Source: Laetmonice hystrix (taxonomy: Eukaryota). Taken from it: a stretch of 64,000 nucleotides of DNA. The DNA lies in NCBI GenBank assembly GCA_965235115.1, contig OZ249444.1, positions 19,406,001-19,470,000 on the forward strand, in the 5' to 3' direction. Both the position numbers and the translations under genes were made by a program. The number at the start of each line of letters is the position of its first letter. The first letter of the stretch is position 1. Below are positions 12,170 to 26,100 of this stretch, in pieces. The notes beneath the pieces are model-generated. The model saw nothing but the letters and a program-made list of their open reading frames with translations. It made no database searches and was not told the DNA's origin.

Positions 12170-14890
12170 TTACAAAAGACGCCATGACACGAAATGCTGT
12201 TTAAGTAGTTAAACTGGCCGCCTTAAACCACACAGGCACTAAATGTTTACCCTACAAGTGACTTAATTAAACAAATACTCGGTGTGTTTTAAACACGTTC
12301 AGGCCTCGGAGAGCGCATCAGAAGGCAATGAGAGCAAGCGCCTAGACTGATTGCGTGACGTGAACAAGCTGATGGTGTGAAAACCTGTTTAACATGCATT
12401 AGCCTTTGGCCAACGTTTGCCAACATGTCACACAAGGAAATAAATTATGTTGGTCTAACGTTAACCTGGAGGTTACGTGGGGTGCACGTTATTAAGAGTA
12501 CGAATCCATGACATACAAAATAACCTCTCCCTGACTGAGTTTGTTATGGTTTGTATATTCTAAGATATTTTATTCATGTCAGTGGATGTGAAAGTGGCCT
12601 GCCCTGCCAATGGTCGCCATCAGGTAGATGAGGAAACCAAACACTTGTCGTATTGACCAGTGGTCAGTGGCACTGGTCATTTGGTCATTAGGCCGACGGA
12701 TTATGACGCCCCGATGGTCAAGTTTCCTGTACCTGGACACCCCTGTTGACTGAACTCCCCCCGGGCGTACTACCGTTTGACACGTATGGTAGTTACAGAA
12801 ATGGTTTAGTTTACTGAGGACTCACTGAGGCAATGTTTGTTACATAGAGAACTTCAAAAACAAAACTACAAAACGTGAAGGATTTTGAAAGTGATTGTTG
12901 GTGGTTTGTTCACGTTGGAGGCAGAGAAAGCGGCCAGGTTGAATGTTTGTGTACATAGAATCGCATGTTATTGTTGCGATACGCGGAGCCCCCTTAAAGG
13001 ATTCAATCCACCATACGTAAACAAACTTCCATTTCATACTTCTCCGTTTTGTGCATGAATGTCATGGTGTTGCTAGCTCATCCTGGTTGGGTGTTGGGGG
13101 GAGTCCGAGTACAGTGACGTAGATTATTTCCTTTTTCGGTTACAAGCGAACTTAGAAGTTGTGTCGGGTTACGAGAGCAGTAGGTCAATGGACGGAGGAG
13201 ACGAAGGGCCGTCAGCGCGGTGTAAGGGGGAGTTATTGTGTAACTCCTACTGAAGGACGTTCACCCAGGACAATAGAGAACTGATGTTCATTCAGCCTCC
13301 CATCATGGATGTGTAGTGTGGGGTAAACCGGAGCTACGAGTGGACGAGGAAAATGTCATTTGGGAAATGGGGACACGGGTCGAGAGGGGGTATGGTTGAC
13401 GGGAGCCGGGGCGGCGGGGACCGGGGGAGGTACGGGCGCGGGCGGCGGGTAGACCGGGCCGGGAGGGGGCCGGGGTTCTCTCGGCAGTGACGGCGGATGT
13501 GGCTGGGGTAATGGGGCATGGCGGCGGACGGCCGTGAGCAGGTCTGTACCAGCCCGGCCTCTACCCGTCTCATGGCCAGTATACGTACACATCCATTCAT
13601 GTAGCAGAGCCCCTGCTATACCGCGGCACCTAGGCTACCTCAGCTGTAGCAGGCCGCCCGCCACATGCCGGACTCGGCAGCCTTAACCCGATTCTCCTCG
13701 GTCTTTTGGTGCTTAATGGACCCACTCGGACTGCCTTCTACATGAGGGAGCCGGGCCGGACAACGGCTTGCTCCGGTATGTGGCTCACTCACACCGCCTG
13801 GAGGGGTCTCCACGGTCAGTAAGGGCGCGTCCTCCAGGGTGGAGAGAGTGGGCGATGGTAACAGGTTGATTGTGACCACCACTTGCAGGTGGAAGGGGCC
13901 CAGCCGATTTATTCCTAAAGGGGGCTCCTTGAACCCCCTTCACTCTATCCCCCGGGGGCGGGGAGGGGGAGGACGCAGGGTGTTGGTAACCCACCCGGGG
14001 TGTCCACCCCACCCTTGGGCTGACACGGGAGGATGACAATGAAGATGGGTAAACAATGAGGTAGGAACGCAGGGGGCTGAGGGGTGGATGGAGTCAACCC
14101 CATCCCTGCTTAATACAGACCGTGGTCAGAAAACACCTCTTCTCTCTGCGTATATCATACTGCACGACATCGCTTTCCACGTTTCACAAATGATCTGAAC
14201 CGACATTTAAAAAAGAAACTATAAAAAATCTCTTCCCTAATGACAGCCAGGCTTGTATGTGTGTCGCCGTGACCCGGCCGTAACCGAATCCAGAGATGAG
14301 GAGAGAATGAACTACTTCTTCCCTCCTCACACCGAGTGACAACCACATGGAGGGGGGAGAGCAGTCAGTCTGACAGTGCCGTACGCCGTCAGCCTGGGTG
14401 CTTCCATACAGCGTACGCTGGCCGGGACCTGCCCCGTCTCCGGGCCACCGCCAGCCCGCCCCCAGTCGGGCCAGATGTACCAGCCCGTTCTCCTCCCTCC
14501 GCGGTACCTGATCCCAACTTCTCGACGGAATTAATTTAGGGTAATTCGCATTTAATCCGTGTAGGGTCGGTGGTGGCGGGTGATGGTTTCGCCATGTGCC
14601 GGAAGGGGTTGAGTCTAATGGTCCGCAGGCCTGTGTGGAGCGGGCGGCATGGAGGGGTTATATAAAACCTGTCAAATGTCAGGTTGCTTCGGCGGCTGGG
14701 AGAAGGATGACCACAGGTTGTAGGGGGTGGGGTGTGGAGGAAGGAGGGGGTAGGGTGGGGTGTCGGACTGAGTCTGAGAGTGTCCCTGGCTGGCACCCAG
14801 CCATCGGCCGACTCCAATCACGGCGACAAGTGCAGACCGCCACCGTCCTCCATAAGCGATCCACAAGCTGCCACCTCCTGCTCCTCATCC

Positions 14891-15133
14891 TCCAGGCCGT
14901 ACCTCCTGTAACCGACGGTACTGGAGGAAACACCCGCGTCAGCCTTGTCACTCCAGGCCGTACCTCCTGTAACCGACGGTACTGGAGGAAACACCCGCGT
15001 CAGCCTTGTCACTCCAGGCCGTACCTCCTGTGACCGACGGCACTGGAGGAAACACCCGCGTCAGCCTTGTCACTCCAGGCCGTACCTCCTGTAACCGACG
15101 GTACTGGAGGAAACACCCGCGTCAGGCTTGTCA
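14891..15133. repeat. 61-bp tandem repeat x4
   Basis: TCCAGGCCGTACCTCCTG starts at 14891, 14952, 15013 and 15074. Confidence 0.96.
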
Positions 15134-16929
15134 GCCGTGAATAGCTCATCAAAACAAGTGTTGGTGCACAGTTCCAATTATGTGACTTGGCAGGTTCCTT
15201 CGGGCATGGTCGTCACCCCAGCACAATTCAATTATGAGCTCTCCCAGCTAACAACTTAACCTGCTAGTGAGGGGTAGGAGTTCTACCACTGACGTGATTT
15301 GTGGACCGATAAAATCAGTTTAGCAACAATTGCCATCATCTTTCAGTAATAGCTAAGCATTTCCATAATTTTCAAAATCCTGATTATCATACTTTCCAAT
15401 TATTGTACACAATGAGGTTAGAGGGTTTGCTGGCCCGGAATGGGGTCAGGGTTGGTATTTAGGGTCAACACTCGCTAGTCGAGAGGGATTATAGGCTCAG
15501 AAAGGGAACAGTGGAGGAGGGTGGTGCCATCACAGAGTTAGGAAGCGATGGCAGCATGTCCTTTGTTAGACCGATAGCGTGCACATGTCTCTTTATTGGT
15601 CTCCGTCTACTCTTGGTTAAAGTGGTCTTAAATGTGTTACGGTGCAGACATGTTACATGGACCTTCTCCTGTAGTGAGATCCTACTAAACACAGCGATGA
15701 CATATCTTGTCGCCAGCCCAGCCTGGCCGACACGTGGGGCCGACGGTGGCGGCCTCCCCTCCCTCCCCCCACCGGGACGTGGGGCATGCATCACCCCCAC
15801 CGACAGCTCACCCGGCCTGACTCAAGTGGCTGCTAACAGTTCTACACAAGTGGTTCACATCTTCCTGCCATGTAGCTGTGGTGACGGCCCGGCCAAATGT
15901 GCCATCATTGGGGCAGCTGGAATTGTGGATATCAAAGAAGCTGGGTTTGCGGAGGCTGGGGATGGCAGGGAGGGATGGAGGGAGGGTGGTTTGAGATAAT
16001 GTCATCCTGTTGACTCACACAAGCATCCATCAAATAAACACACAAGCTGCTTTAAGTACAAGTAGGATGTATTATCTATCCTACACAGCACATATTCTCG
16101 GATCAGCCAATACGGTATATGGACCAAGGGGGGGAAAGGGTGCGATTTTCTAACTGAATGGTTTTCGCAAGTGTTCCCCAGCGCCGAGTCGACGGTCCGA
16201 CCTAAATTACACACGAACCAAGCCAGCTACTCGATAATACTAGCATCTATAGGTGCATACAGGCCAGGCCTAATTTCCTCCGTTTTGTTGGCAAGTCAAC
16301 GTGTGGGTTTCAGCTTGCCAAGTCGGGAACCCTGACTCTGAGACAGACAGGAGCGGTTGCATGGGAGGGGGTTTCAGTGTAGGAATACAATTTCTAGTTC
16401 TACCAGAATTATCTCTGAGATGATCAGGGACAAAAGCCTGTGGTCACCGTGATAATTATCCTGTGATATGATATTTTTGGACACTGGAATTATCATGCCC
16501 GATTCATGTCTCGGGTGGTTCCCACGATCCTACGGATCTGACAGCCTTACATAACTGAATAGCGAACCAACTCGTCGACCAGCTCCGTCCTGCCGACTGG
16601 AGTGCCAAGTTTACCCCATGTATACACCCTGAACTGGTCGACCAGCGTTCGCCCGGTAGTACAGGAGGGGGTTGGGGTAACAGTAGCAGGGACGCTGGCG
16701 TTCCGGGATTGCTGGGTTGAACGGTTTCATCCCAACTCTATACGTCTGGGATCGGATGGGATCCCAGCGGGACAGCCTTGCTATAGGTCTACTGAAACAT
16801 GTCTATTGATGGCACAAAGAGGAAATCTTTATGGCCAGCAGCCTGAGACAGTGTAGTGCACATATAAACATCATCGTCAGATTAATTAGTGTACATATGG
16901 TCAGATGCAGTCATGGTTAGCACTTTGTC

Positions 16930-17182
16930 GGTTCCCATATTAAGATTGGTTCCCATATTAAGATTGGTTCCCATATTAAGATTGGTTCCCATATTAAGAT
17001 TGGTTCCCATATTAAGATTGGTTCCCATATTAAGATTATTTCCCATATTATGTTTGGTTCCCATATTAAGATTGGTTCCCATATTAAGATTGGTTCCCAT
17101 ATTAAGATTGGTTCTCATATTAAGATTGGTTCTCATATTAAGATTGGTTCCCATATTAAGATTGGTTCCCATGTTAAGATTG
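16930..17182. repeat. 18-bp tandem repeat x about 14 (GTTCCCATATTAAGATTG)
   Basis: Period of 18 read directly. It produces the LVPILR/MGTNLN pseudo-ORFs. Confidence 0.96.
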
Positions 17183-20100
17183 ACCCCGTCAGTGTCATTC
17201 AGTTTTCTAATGAAACATGAATACTTGTAGTATGTGTTGTTCATATACACCAATATATTATTATATGGCCGGAGCACTCGGTGACAAAACATGACAGGAC
17301 CACCTGTGCTATAGTTCGAGTCTCAGAGATTGGGTGCTGGAATTAATGCGGGGTAGATTTGTGTTATCCGGGTGTCAATCAAAACCCCTTCCCCTATACC
17401 AACCCCACCGGCTGGCCCCACCGGCCCCTGGCACTGGCACGTTATCGGCCATCGGAAGTGGTTAATTTCTCCAATGATGCTAGCAGTCCTGTGGGAAGGA
17501 AGTGGTAACCCGATATGGCAATGTGGCACCGGGTTTCTCGATGGCGATAACAGAACTGGTGGACCTTCTCTTGTCTAATTGAACCCTATACTCAGCTTTA
17601 CAGCTCCATAGGGTTGTAAAATATCAAACTGTCGATTGGTTTAAAGGGGACAGAAACGAATTGTGTTGTCCTGCAGTATATTTTTTGGAGTTGGCCTGTG
17701 GATGGTTTAAGAAGTGATTGGGTTGGTACCAGGGTACGAGAGGGAAGTGGTGTGTGGACCCGGACCGTGGTGTAGAGAGCGTGCTGGGGGTTGAACCGGT
17801 CCCGGGAGGAGCGCGCCTGGCCGCCGGGGAGCGTTCCCACCAACCACCCGTCCTCCTCGACCTCCTCCACGGTGGACTCCCCGCCACCCTCAGCATGCCG
17901 TAACTAGAGACAGTTACAGCGGGAGAAAGGAAAACACAAGGAGGGGCATGGGGGGCCGCCCCCACCCGGCACACAGTCACACTGGGTGATAATTACTTAC
18001 ATGTTAACCCGCTATACACGCGTCATCCGGCCGCTAGGTGACGTCGGGAGGTGACACAGACAGGGAAACCATCTCGATCCTGGAATACGTTGACAAAACG
18101 TGGCTGAAGTTTCCCACACAGGGAGAACGGATTTCTGTTTGAAATCTCTCCATCCTAGGGACTGCGGGAGGAGGAGGCAGGGTGGTCTTGTGTGGGGCAG
18201 ATTTAGTGGCAATGTATAGTTAGGTTACATTCTGGACATGAGAGTTTATAGCAGGGCTTCCGTCAAACGGCTTTACGTTATAAGCTTCAACTCCCAATGA
18301 TTGAATGATGCGTCTACCAATATCGACGCCAATATCGATACATACATGTAGTTGTATAACTACAGCTATATTATATAGTTTGTGGTATATGGACGCTAGT
18401 GGTTGACTGACCGCTGTCCGCCTTCTCCTGGTATACGGGCACAGAAGGACAGGGGTGGTTACAAGGGGTATTCTGATGTCCCCCAACCCCTCCAATCCCA
18501 TTTTTACCCGATCAGAATAGCAGTGATAATAAATAACATCTCGTATAATGCGATCATTCAGGCAGACCCCAGTGTGGCTCCATTGATCGAGTTACCGTTT
18601 GCACCATTGATTGCCCGGTGAGTGGGGGGGGGACTTCCAAAGAACCAGCCATCTACCCCACCCCCACCCCGCTCGGCCCCTTGGTGTCTGGGCTGGCTCC
18701 TTTCATGACGTGGACAGGTATTGAACACACACTCCGTTGGAAACTTGTAGCTGAAAATTGGCTGACAAAACTGGCTGTGAATGTAGGCTGGCTCAAGAGG
18801 GCTTTGAGATGGCGTCGACCTTTATAGGGGACATCATGAAGAGGACGGGGTCGGGGGTTGGGGACGGAGTGTCCTTGTGCCCCATTTCTCTTTGGACAGA
18901 AAATAAGCTTAAATATAAAAGTTATACCTATTTATATATACATGCCTCCATAGGCCTACTATGGGTCCAATGAAGCCGGACTGAAATAAGGCAAGCAGAA
19001 GAAATATCTTAAATAACAATAAAGCTTCTGCACTTTAATTTTAAATGTCTTTCACAAAAAGATTATTCATGTTTTCAGTGTATTTTTGTCAGCCTATACT
19101 TTCTCGTCATGAGGATATGATAATGATTATATTATATTCAAATGTTTACATAGCTTGTCCCACTGTTGTGTTCAACCTCAGACGCTCCATCACAATTATA
19201 GGAAGAGACAGTAAAAAGTGGACAACATGGGTTATGTTGAGGTGGGAAGTCAAACAAGCAGGTTGTGTTTGGAGAGCTGTATGTATCTGACAGTCGTCCA
19301 TTAGCCTTATGACGGCCGCGGAGTTATTAAAGACAAAGAGAGAGGAGTTTTGATTGGCACACTGATGGACACGTCACAATGGTCAAACGTCACGTTCTCG
19401 TCCTGACGACACGATGATCGACACATGCTGACACAGTCCACCCGGGAATAACTCCCAGCCCGGTCATGAAAGCCACGTAGACAAAAACAACTCTCTTGAA
19501 TAGACCTACATGTTCTTGACGAACTTGTTAGGGGGCATCAGTGCGGTTGAGAGTGTCATAAAAGGCGGCCATGGTTTGTGCGAGTATGTAGATGGCCGGG
19601 AGGTGTGTTGACATGGCGAGGTGCACCGCCCGCCGCTCCTCATTCACACACGACTATTTCATGGTATCCTGTCTATGGTCATGTCCACGACTCGGCACTG
19701 ACCCCTCCGAGCTGACCTGTCGGGGTTTAAATGATTCATCCACTCACCGACACCTCCTCCCACCATATACGGCATGTATCCCGCATATAAAAATAATCAT
19801 TCCCAACTCCTTCCCTCGGTTTTCTTCTCTTCATGAAGAGCTCGGTGGCCGGTAATATTTGACCGGCGGTGAGGACATCACTATTATGCGCGCGACACCT
19901 TGGGCGATGACGTTGGGCAGACGTTAGCGTCCAATGTGACGGAGCGCCGAGGGCGGTGGCCCGGAGCGGGTGGAGGGGGCCGGGTGGACAGCAGGTCGGG
20001 TCCCGGCCAGTCGGTGGTGGGAGGGATAGGGGAAGAGAGGGACTGTCTCCCTGAAGTCTGTGCACAATTAGAAATACCAACTTTACCCAAGCAAACCTAT

Positions 20101-23100
20101 ACCTACACAACACCCCACTCATCAACGTCAGACTGAGAATATATCTCACCGTATGTTCGACTTTTTACCTACATCAAAGCGCCGACAGATCGTCGGGCGT
20201 CTATAGTTATATCTATGATATATACACAGCTGTAGTTCCCACTCAGACGCAGAGAATTTATTCCTGTTATTAGCTGCCTGCATGTGTTGCACCATATTGA
20301 CATGGCGTCGTATCCCTCACAATGATTTATATCCATTGTTAACAACCAGACATGTGATTAGAAAAATGTATCCGACTGAGTTCTATATATAACACTCTAG
20401 ATCATAGGCGCTAAGACTTGACAAAGAGTCTATTCTAGACACCGAACGGGTCAATAATTCACTTGTTGAAGGTATTTGTATCGTGAAAGGCGTGGTCATT
20501 ATAATGGATAACGTACATCGGGTGGATGGAGCATCGATATCTTAGTATGAGCAGGTCGGTCGATGTCAACGTTTGTTGTGGGTACATGGGGACAGGACTT
20601 CCCCCCCCCCCCCCACCACCAACCCCAACCCCACCCGGCCCGGGGCATTAGATCAGGGGGTGTTAGACATGCTTTAACTTGACCAATAATCCCCACGGGG
20701 TGCGGGACCCCCGCATCGCCTGCTCACAGGAATATTGGGGGGGGGGGTTGCTTTTATTATCTATCGATACGTCTCCCTCGGTCCTCAGAACTTCTGAGAA
20801 GGTTTCAGGGAGCGTTCGGCGGAGGTTACCATAGCTACAGACGGTGAGGGAGCCAGGTTGGTTGGACACCCACCCCCGTCCATGCCAACTCCACCCACTT
20901 GTTCTAGATTTCATACCTTGCCAGAATACAAGGTGTTTGTCCGCCATTGTTGGACGATGATCACGTGGTGCAGTCGTCAGGAGGTAGCTGTCGTCTGCAC
21001 CGAGCAGACCTTCAGTCGTTAACGACGTCCGTCACAACCACGTGCTCCAGATGGCCACGCACGCGTCCCGCTCCTCGTGCCCGGAGCAGACGACATTCCC
21101 TTCAATGACGTCCGTCAGCGTCCATTATGACGTTCCGTCCGCGATCAGCGCGCAGACGTTACACTGACCGTGTTTCTCTCGGTGTCTGCCTTAACTCGAG
21201 TCTGAACCTCCTTGAGGTGAGACGGACAGTGACTATTGTTACGGGATCATTGTCCCCGGTCCGAGTACCCTCTCTCTGTGTTCGCCATGACGGGACGCGT
21301 GAAGGCCATGACCGGCAGGTGATGGACCGTGACAGCCCGTGTGTTCACGTAGCTAATGGCAACAATTAGCACACGTAATGGGTGCTGTTGTCTACTGGCA
21401 GCGTGGGACACTCACTCGTGGATGGTATGACAAACGGCCGAGTGCACTTGGCCGGACGGCGAGCATATGCCGTCTGGCTTGGCTTTGGACCTGTCTTCCC
21501 AGTACATCGCCCGTAATAAGTGAAAAACCAGGAAATTTGACGAAACTAAAGATCCATAGCCCTGACCTTATCCTTAATTCCGGTCCCTAAACCTCCCCAA
21601 AACATATCCCTATCCCTATACCTGACCTTAACCCGAACCCCTACCCTACTGGAGGAACCGCCTACAGGAGTAGTCTGGAGAAATATCAGTCTGACGTCTT
21701 CCGTCGTTGTTCTTGTATAAATGTGACACTTAACATCGTGTCCACGCAGATAACATTTTTACACAGTAATTATAATAGGTCTGATTATAATGGGTCTGAT
21801 TATAATGGGTCTGCATTTTTATTTGACAGGGTTCTGGAAAATAAATGATAAGCCTAGCAGTTATTTCACCTATATGACTTAAACAATGGAATATGTTGAA
21901 TATGAAAGGAAAACAAAACCTACAAGATGTAGAGTGCATATATAATGCACCAGACCAGTGAAGAGTGACAAGACATTAACTCGATGTTCTCGGCAGGCTG
22001 TTGTCACCGTAATGTCACGTAACCAAATGAGCTTCAGTGTCGGTAAAAGTAACCAGCAACCAGTATAGTCCAATAATGTATGGTCTCTAAGTAACAGTCT
22101 GTCAATCCGGACAGGCCCATGTCAATTACCGTGTAGATTTCACTAGACAGGCAGACTTGTCGGTCACACGTGTCACAGATGAAGTGGTCACTGTGACCTT
22201 CAATCTAACCTTCAGTGAGAACCGCTAGTCGACATATATCTTTCGGAGGAGATTTCTCTTTTACATCTGGGATCAGATTATTTACGCAGTTCATTAGGGA
22301 GCAGATTACAAATGTCTGCCTCGCGGGCGAGGTGTGAACGTTCTAGTGTCACATTATTTACGTTAATTTTGGGGCAAAAAAACTAGCACCGAGCTTTATT
22401 GATAACTTATATAAGGCAGGAGCTGTCACTCTCGGTCGTATATCGTTACGTTACATATTGTGTCATTAACATGGCGAGTTTGTGGGTAGTGCGCCACCTA
22501 TCGACAGTAACTAAAACCCATGCAGCAGCACCCTGAAGACGTGCTCGTGGATGACTACAGATGGGAGACCCGCCGCTGGTGGTCCACGGCTTGGATTTCA
22601 CCAGGCTTTGTGACCTTCAATCCGCTGACATCCGTATTAATTAGGATTAGCGTCTGTCTTATGTTACATGCACATATGCCAGAAGACAGGGTGACTGAGA
22701 GCGGCGCACTCAGACCGGCCGGTGGAGGACCGATCGGGTTGTACGAGCAGAGAGCGGGACCCGCCAGCACAGACCGCTGACCGGGCTGACGGGTGATGAA
22801 AGCCCGCGAGAGGAGGGTATTGTCTGCCGGGGTGGGTCGGTTTATACAGGACGGTCACTGGCTTACTGTCAGTAACAGTCAGGGGATGGCAATAGCTGAC
22901 GCACACACAGGTACCCACACACACCATGCTGGATCAGGTCTATATAATCTACATGGTTTACCGGGGTTAACGGGGAGGGGCTAGAGGGAGGTTCCGGCCA
23001 TTCTAGTCTGATCCTGGTTATAGCGTCCGTCGGTTGTCAGGGAGACCAGCCTCCTCCACCTGTGTATGAGAACATGACGGGAGCAGGTCCGACGTCCTCC

Positions 23101-26100
23101 GGTACCGACCGGGCCCCGACCACCGACCGGCAGACGGAGCTGTCCCGGCCGGGAGGTGAGGTACTCTCCCGGGCTGGCTCCGACTGGCCTGGCGCCAGAA
23201 CGGATGGTCTCACTGTGATATACAATCATTGCAAGGAATCACAGCCAAATCTGACTTCTCTCGACCATATAACCGATTCATATTAGCTGAATACCAGGCA
23301 GACCATGCCATTCTATAATGCCTTAGTTAATAGCATTTACACGTTTAATGAGTTGCACCTTTCTCACTGAACTTCTTACCACTATATGCCACTATAATAT
23401 AGTGGCATGAATATACCGTGCTTACAGTGTAAGTAAGCACAGCACTGGCCTGGTATGATAGGGTACGAAGATAGGCCCAGCGTGATACCAATCTCTACAC
23501 TTGCACTATATATCATACCCATATATCATACCTGTGATATCTATACATCATACCTGTGTTTTATAGCTGAGGATGTCGTAACCAGTCGGAGATGAGAGCC
23601 TCAGTTCTTGACCGCCAGAGGTCGTTGTAATATAGGAGCGTTTTGTGATTGATGTGACTCTAACGAGCACATGGTTTAATAGATATAATTTATACCTCTG
23701 TATGCTTATAATCACGACTGGGGGTCGTATTTAATGTTCTCCATCGCATGCTCAGTGGGTGCGCAGTCAGCAGCCACAACACTTGAGGAGCCAGGAAAAG
23801 GGAAACATCAATTAGAACATATACAGGCGGTACTCACTTACTTATTCAGCTCCGGCAAGCAGCAACCGACGGGCAATGAGTCGCGGTGATCTAACTAATA
23901 TTTAGGCCCCAAACCACCTGGTGTCGACAGAATGCCCCCAAGGTCTCTAGGCAATGCTGAGACCAAATGTCCAGGTCTCTACAATGGCTTGTTGTCGGGG
24001 CATTTCACGTTAACCAGTTTAGTTGGTGCGCCCATGTAGCTTTGAAGTCCCCCGCTCGGCAAGTGACTAATTCCTATTTTAACTATCGCCCGCCGGCTAG
24101 GGCGCTTCTGGGAGAGTGGGGGGGGGGGGGTCTCTGCCGTGACATTGGCCCAGGTCGGGGGGAGGGAGAGAGACCCATCCTGGTAAGGTGTGACTGGGTT
24201 AGTGGGGAGACACCTTCACCAAGCAGACAAACCCGGCCGTATTGTAGACCTATACCGTGTGAGCGTTGGTTCCGAGCGGCCGAGTTAGGACTGCTCCTGT
24301 TATGGCCAAACGCGCACGTCGAGACGGAGTTTCACTTCACCAGTGCCGTATACACAACCCGCCTGAAGGCACAAGAAAACCCGTCAAGATTATGGAGCGA
24401 AAAACAGGGCGGCTAATTTCAGCTCGCCCCTCTCGGTGTCAGATCGTGGTAAGTGGAGGTGGCACAGTTAGATGTGGCAAGGAGATTTATGACGGTGGAG
24501 AGCGGTAGCTGATCGGTGGTAGGCCGTGCAGGTGTGGCCTTGATCTATGGTCGCTCGAGTCGGCATGACAGGAGTCGTATAGATTACAGTTTGACTTCAT
24601 GATCCCAAACGTCACATTAAGAAATCGTCCGGTGTGCAGCGACCCGCGGGGTGGGGTGGGTGTCGGGGGGGAGGCTCACCTGGTGCTGTGGGAACCAGGG
24701 TGGTGGTCGGTGTCGGGTATCGACTAATGTCGTCTTATACCCTTAGCGCCATGTTCGCCGATAATGCTGCCCTTTAAAAAATATATTACTCCATTCAAAC
24801 ACTAGTGAGATTAAATTTCCAATCCCATTTACGGTTGTAAATAGATGGAAAGGTGAGTGGAACCGTGAGAGGACATGAGACCTGTCAGTGTGAGGAACCA
24901 TGTAGGTCAGTCAAACGCCGCGTCTAACCTGCTTCACGTGCACAACACGTTCCCACACACCTCGCACCGACATGACGTAACGATTCCGTTACTATAGGAG
25001 CGTTGCCAATGACACAATGATCAAACCTGGTACATTAAGAGGTGATTAGGTGAGCCCGAGACTCGGCCGGCCATGACGGCAGGAAGGGAGACAAGCCAAC
25101 GTCTGGCGTTCCTTGTCGACCAATGGCAGCTAATTTCGGGACAAATTTAGCGCTGGGTCACGACTTGAGCCTGTCGGGTGTGACAAACGAATCTGCCGAT
25201 TGGCCAGGGGGCCCAGGGCACAGAGCCCAGCGTTGACCCAGGTGGACCAGTATATTGGTGGACCAGTAGGGCAGACATTGAAAGAACATCCATTCATTCA
25301 CTGCAGGCCGAGACCATGCTGTCTGCGAGCCTCACAGCCATCAAGGTCAATACCATGATCTTTTCATACTTTGCCATTTCATTGCGTTTCTTTGCATGGG
25401 GCTTTTTAAAAACAGGAATTGATAACAAGAAAATATTGCTGAGGCTCAGTTGAATGCAGTCTGAAAGTATCAAGAAAAAGGAAGTCACTACATAACGTCT
25501 GCATCACTTCTCCTGCGTGCCTTCAATGAAATGTATAAGCTTGCTCTGGCCACAACGGAGATCTGTATGCTCAGTGACGTCACAATTCAAAACGTCTAGA
25601 TTGATCGGATCAGGATGACGTCACGTAACGTTACGTCATGACGCTGACCCGGGGCAGACGACACTTATCAATGCGAGGATCAAAACGAGGCTTGTTAACC
25701 GGCCCAAATGTTGACAGCCCCTCTCCTAGCCAAATTTAATCACTGTCTCACCCCCACCATCACGACACAAAACACTGTGATTCTATTAGCGCGACATGAC
25801 AAAGCACAATTCGGATAATTGCCGAAATCTCACTCGGCCATTTCATCGTTTACCGGGGTATTATTATTTCGAACGCCGCCCCATCTCCGCTCCTCGACCA
25901 CAGATGCACATAATGAGTTAAGTGCCGTTATTTTCGCTCACTGTCCGCCAAACGATCGCCATCCTCATGTCACATCAATATTTCATACATCTCATCCCTG
26001 AAAATATCAACAGTCCGTGCACGCAGCGACCGCCAGTCGTCAACACCATTTATATTTCACCTACCATGGCACATATTGAGAGTTCTTTCTCAGGCATCAG

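Noticed and set aside
16882-17292. Hydrophobic LVPILR and MGTNLN repeat ORFs
   Set aside because: Artefacts of the 18-bp tandem repeat.
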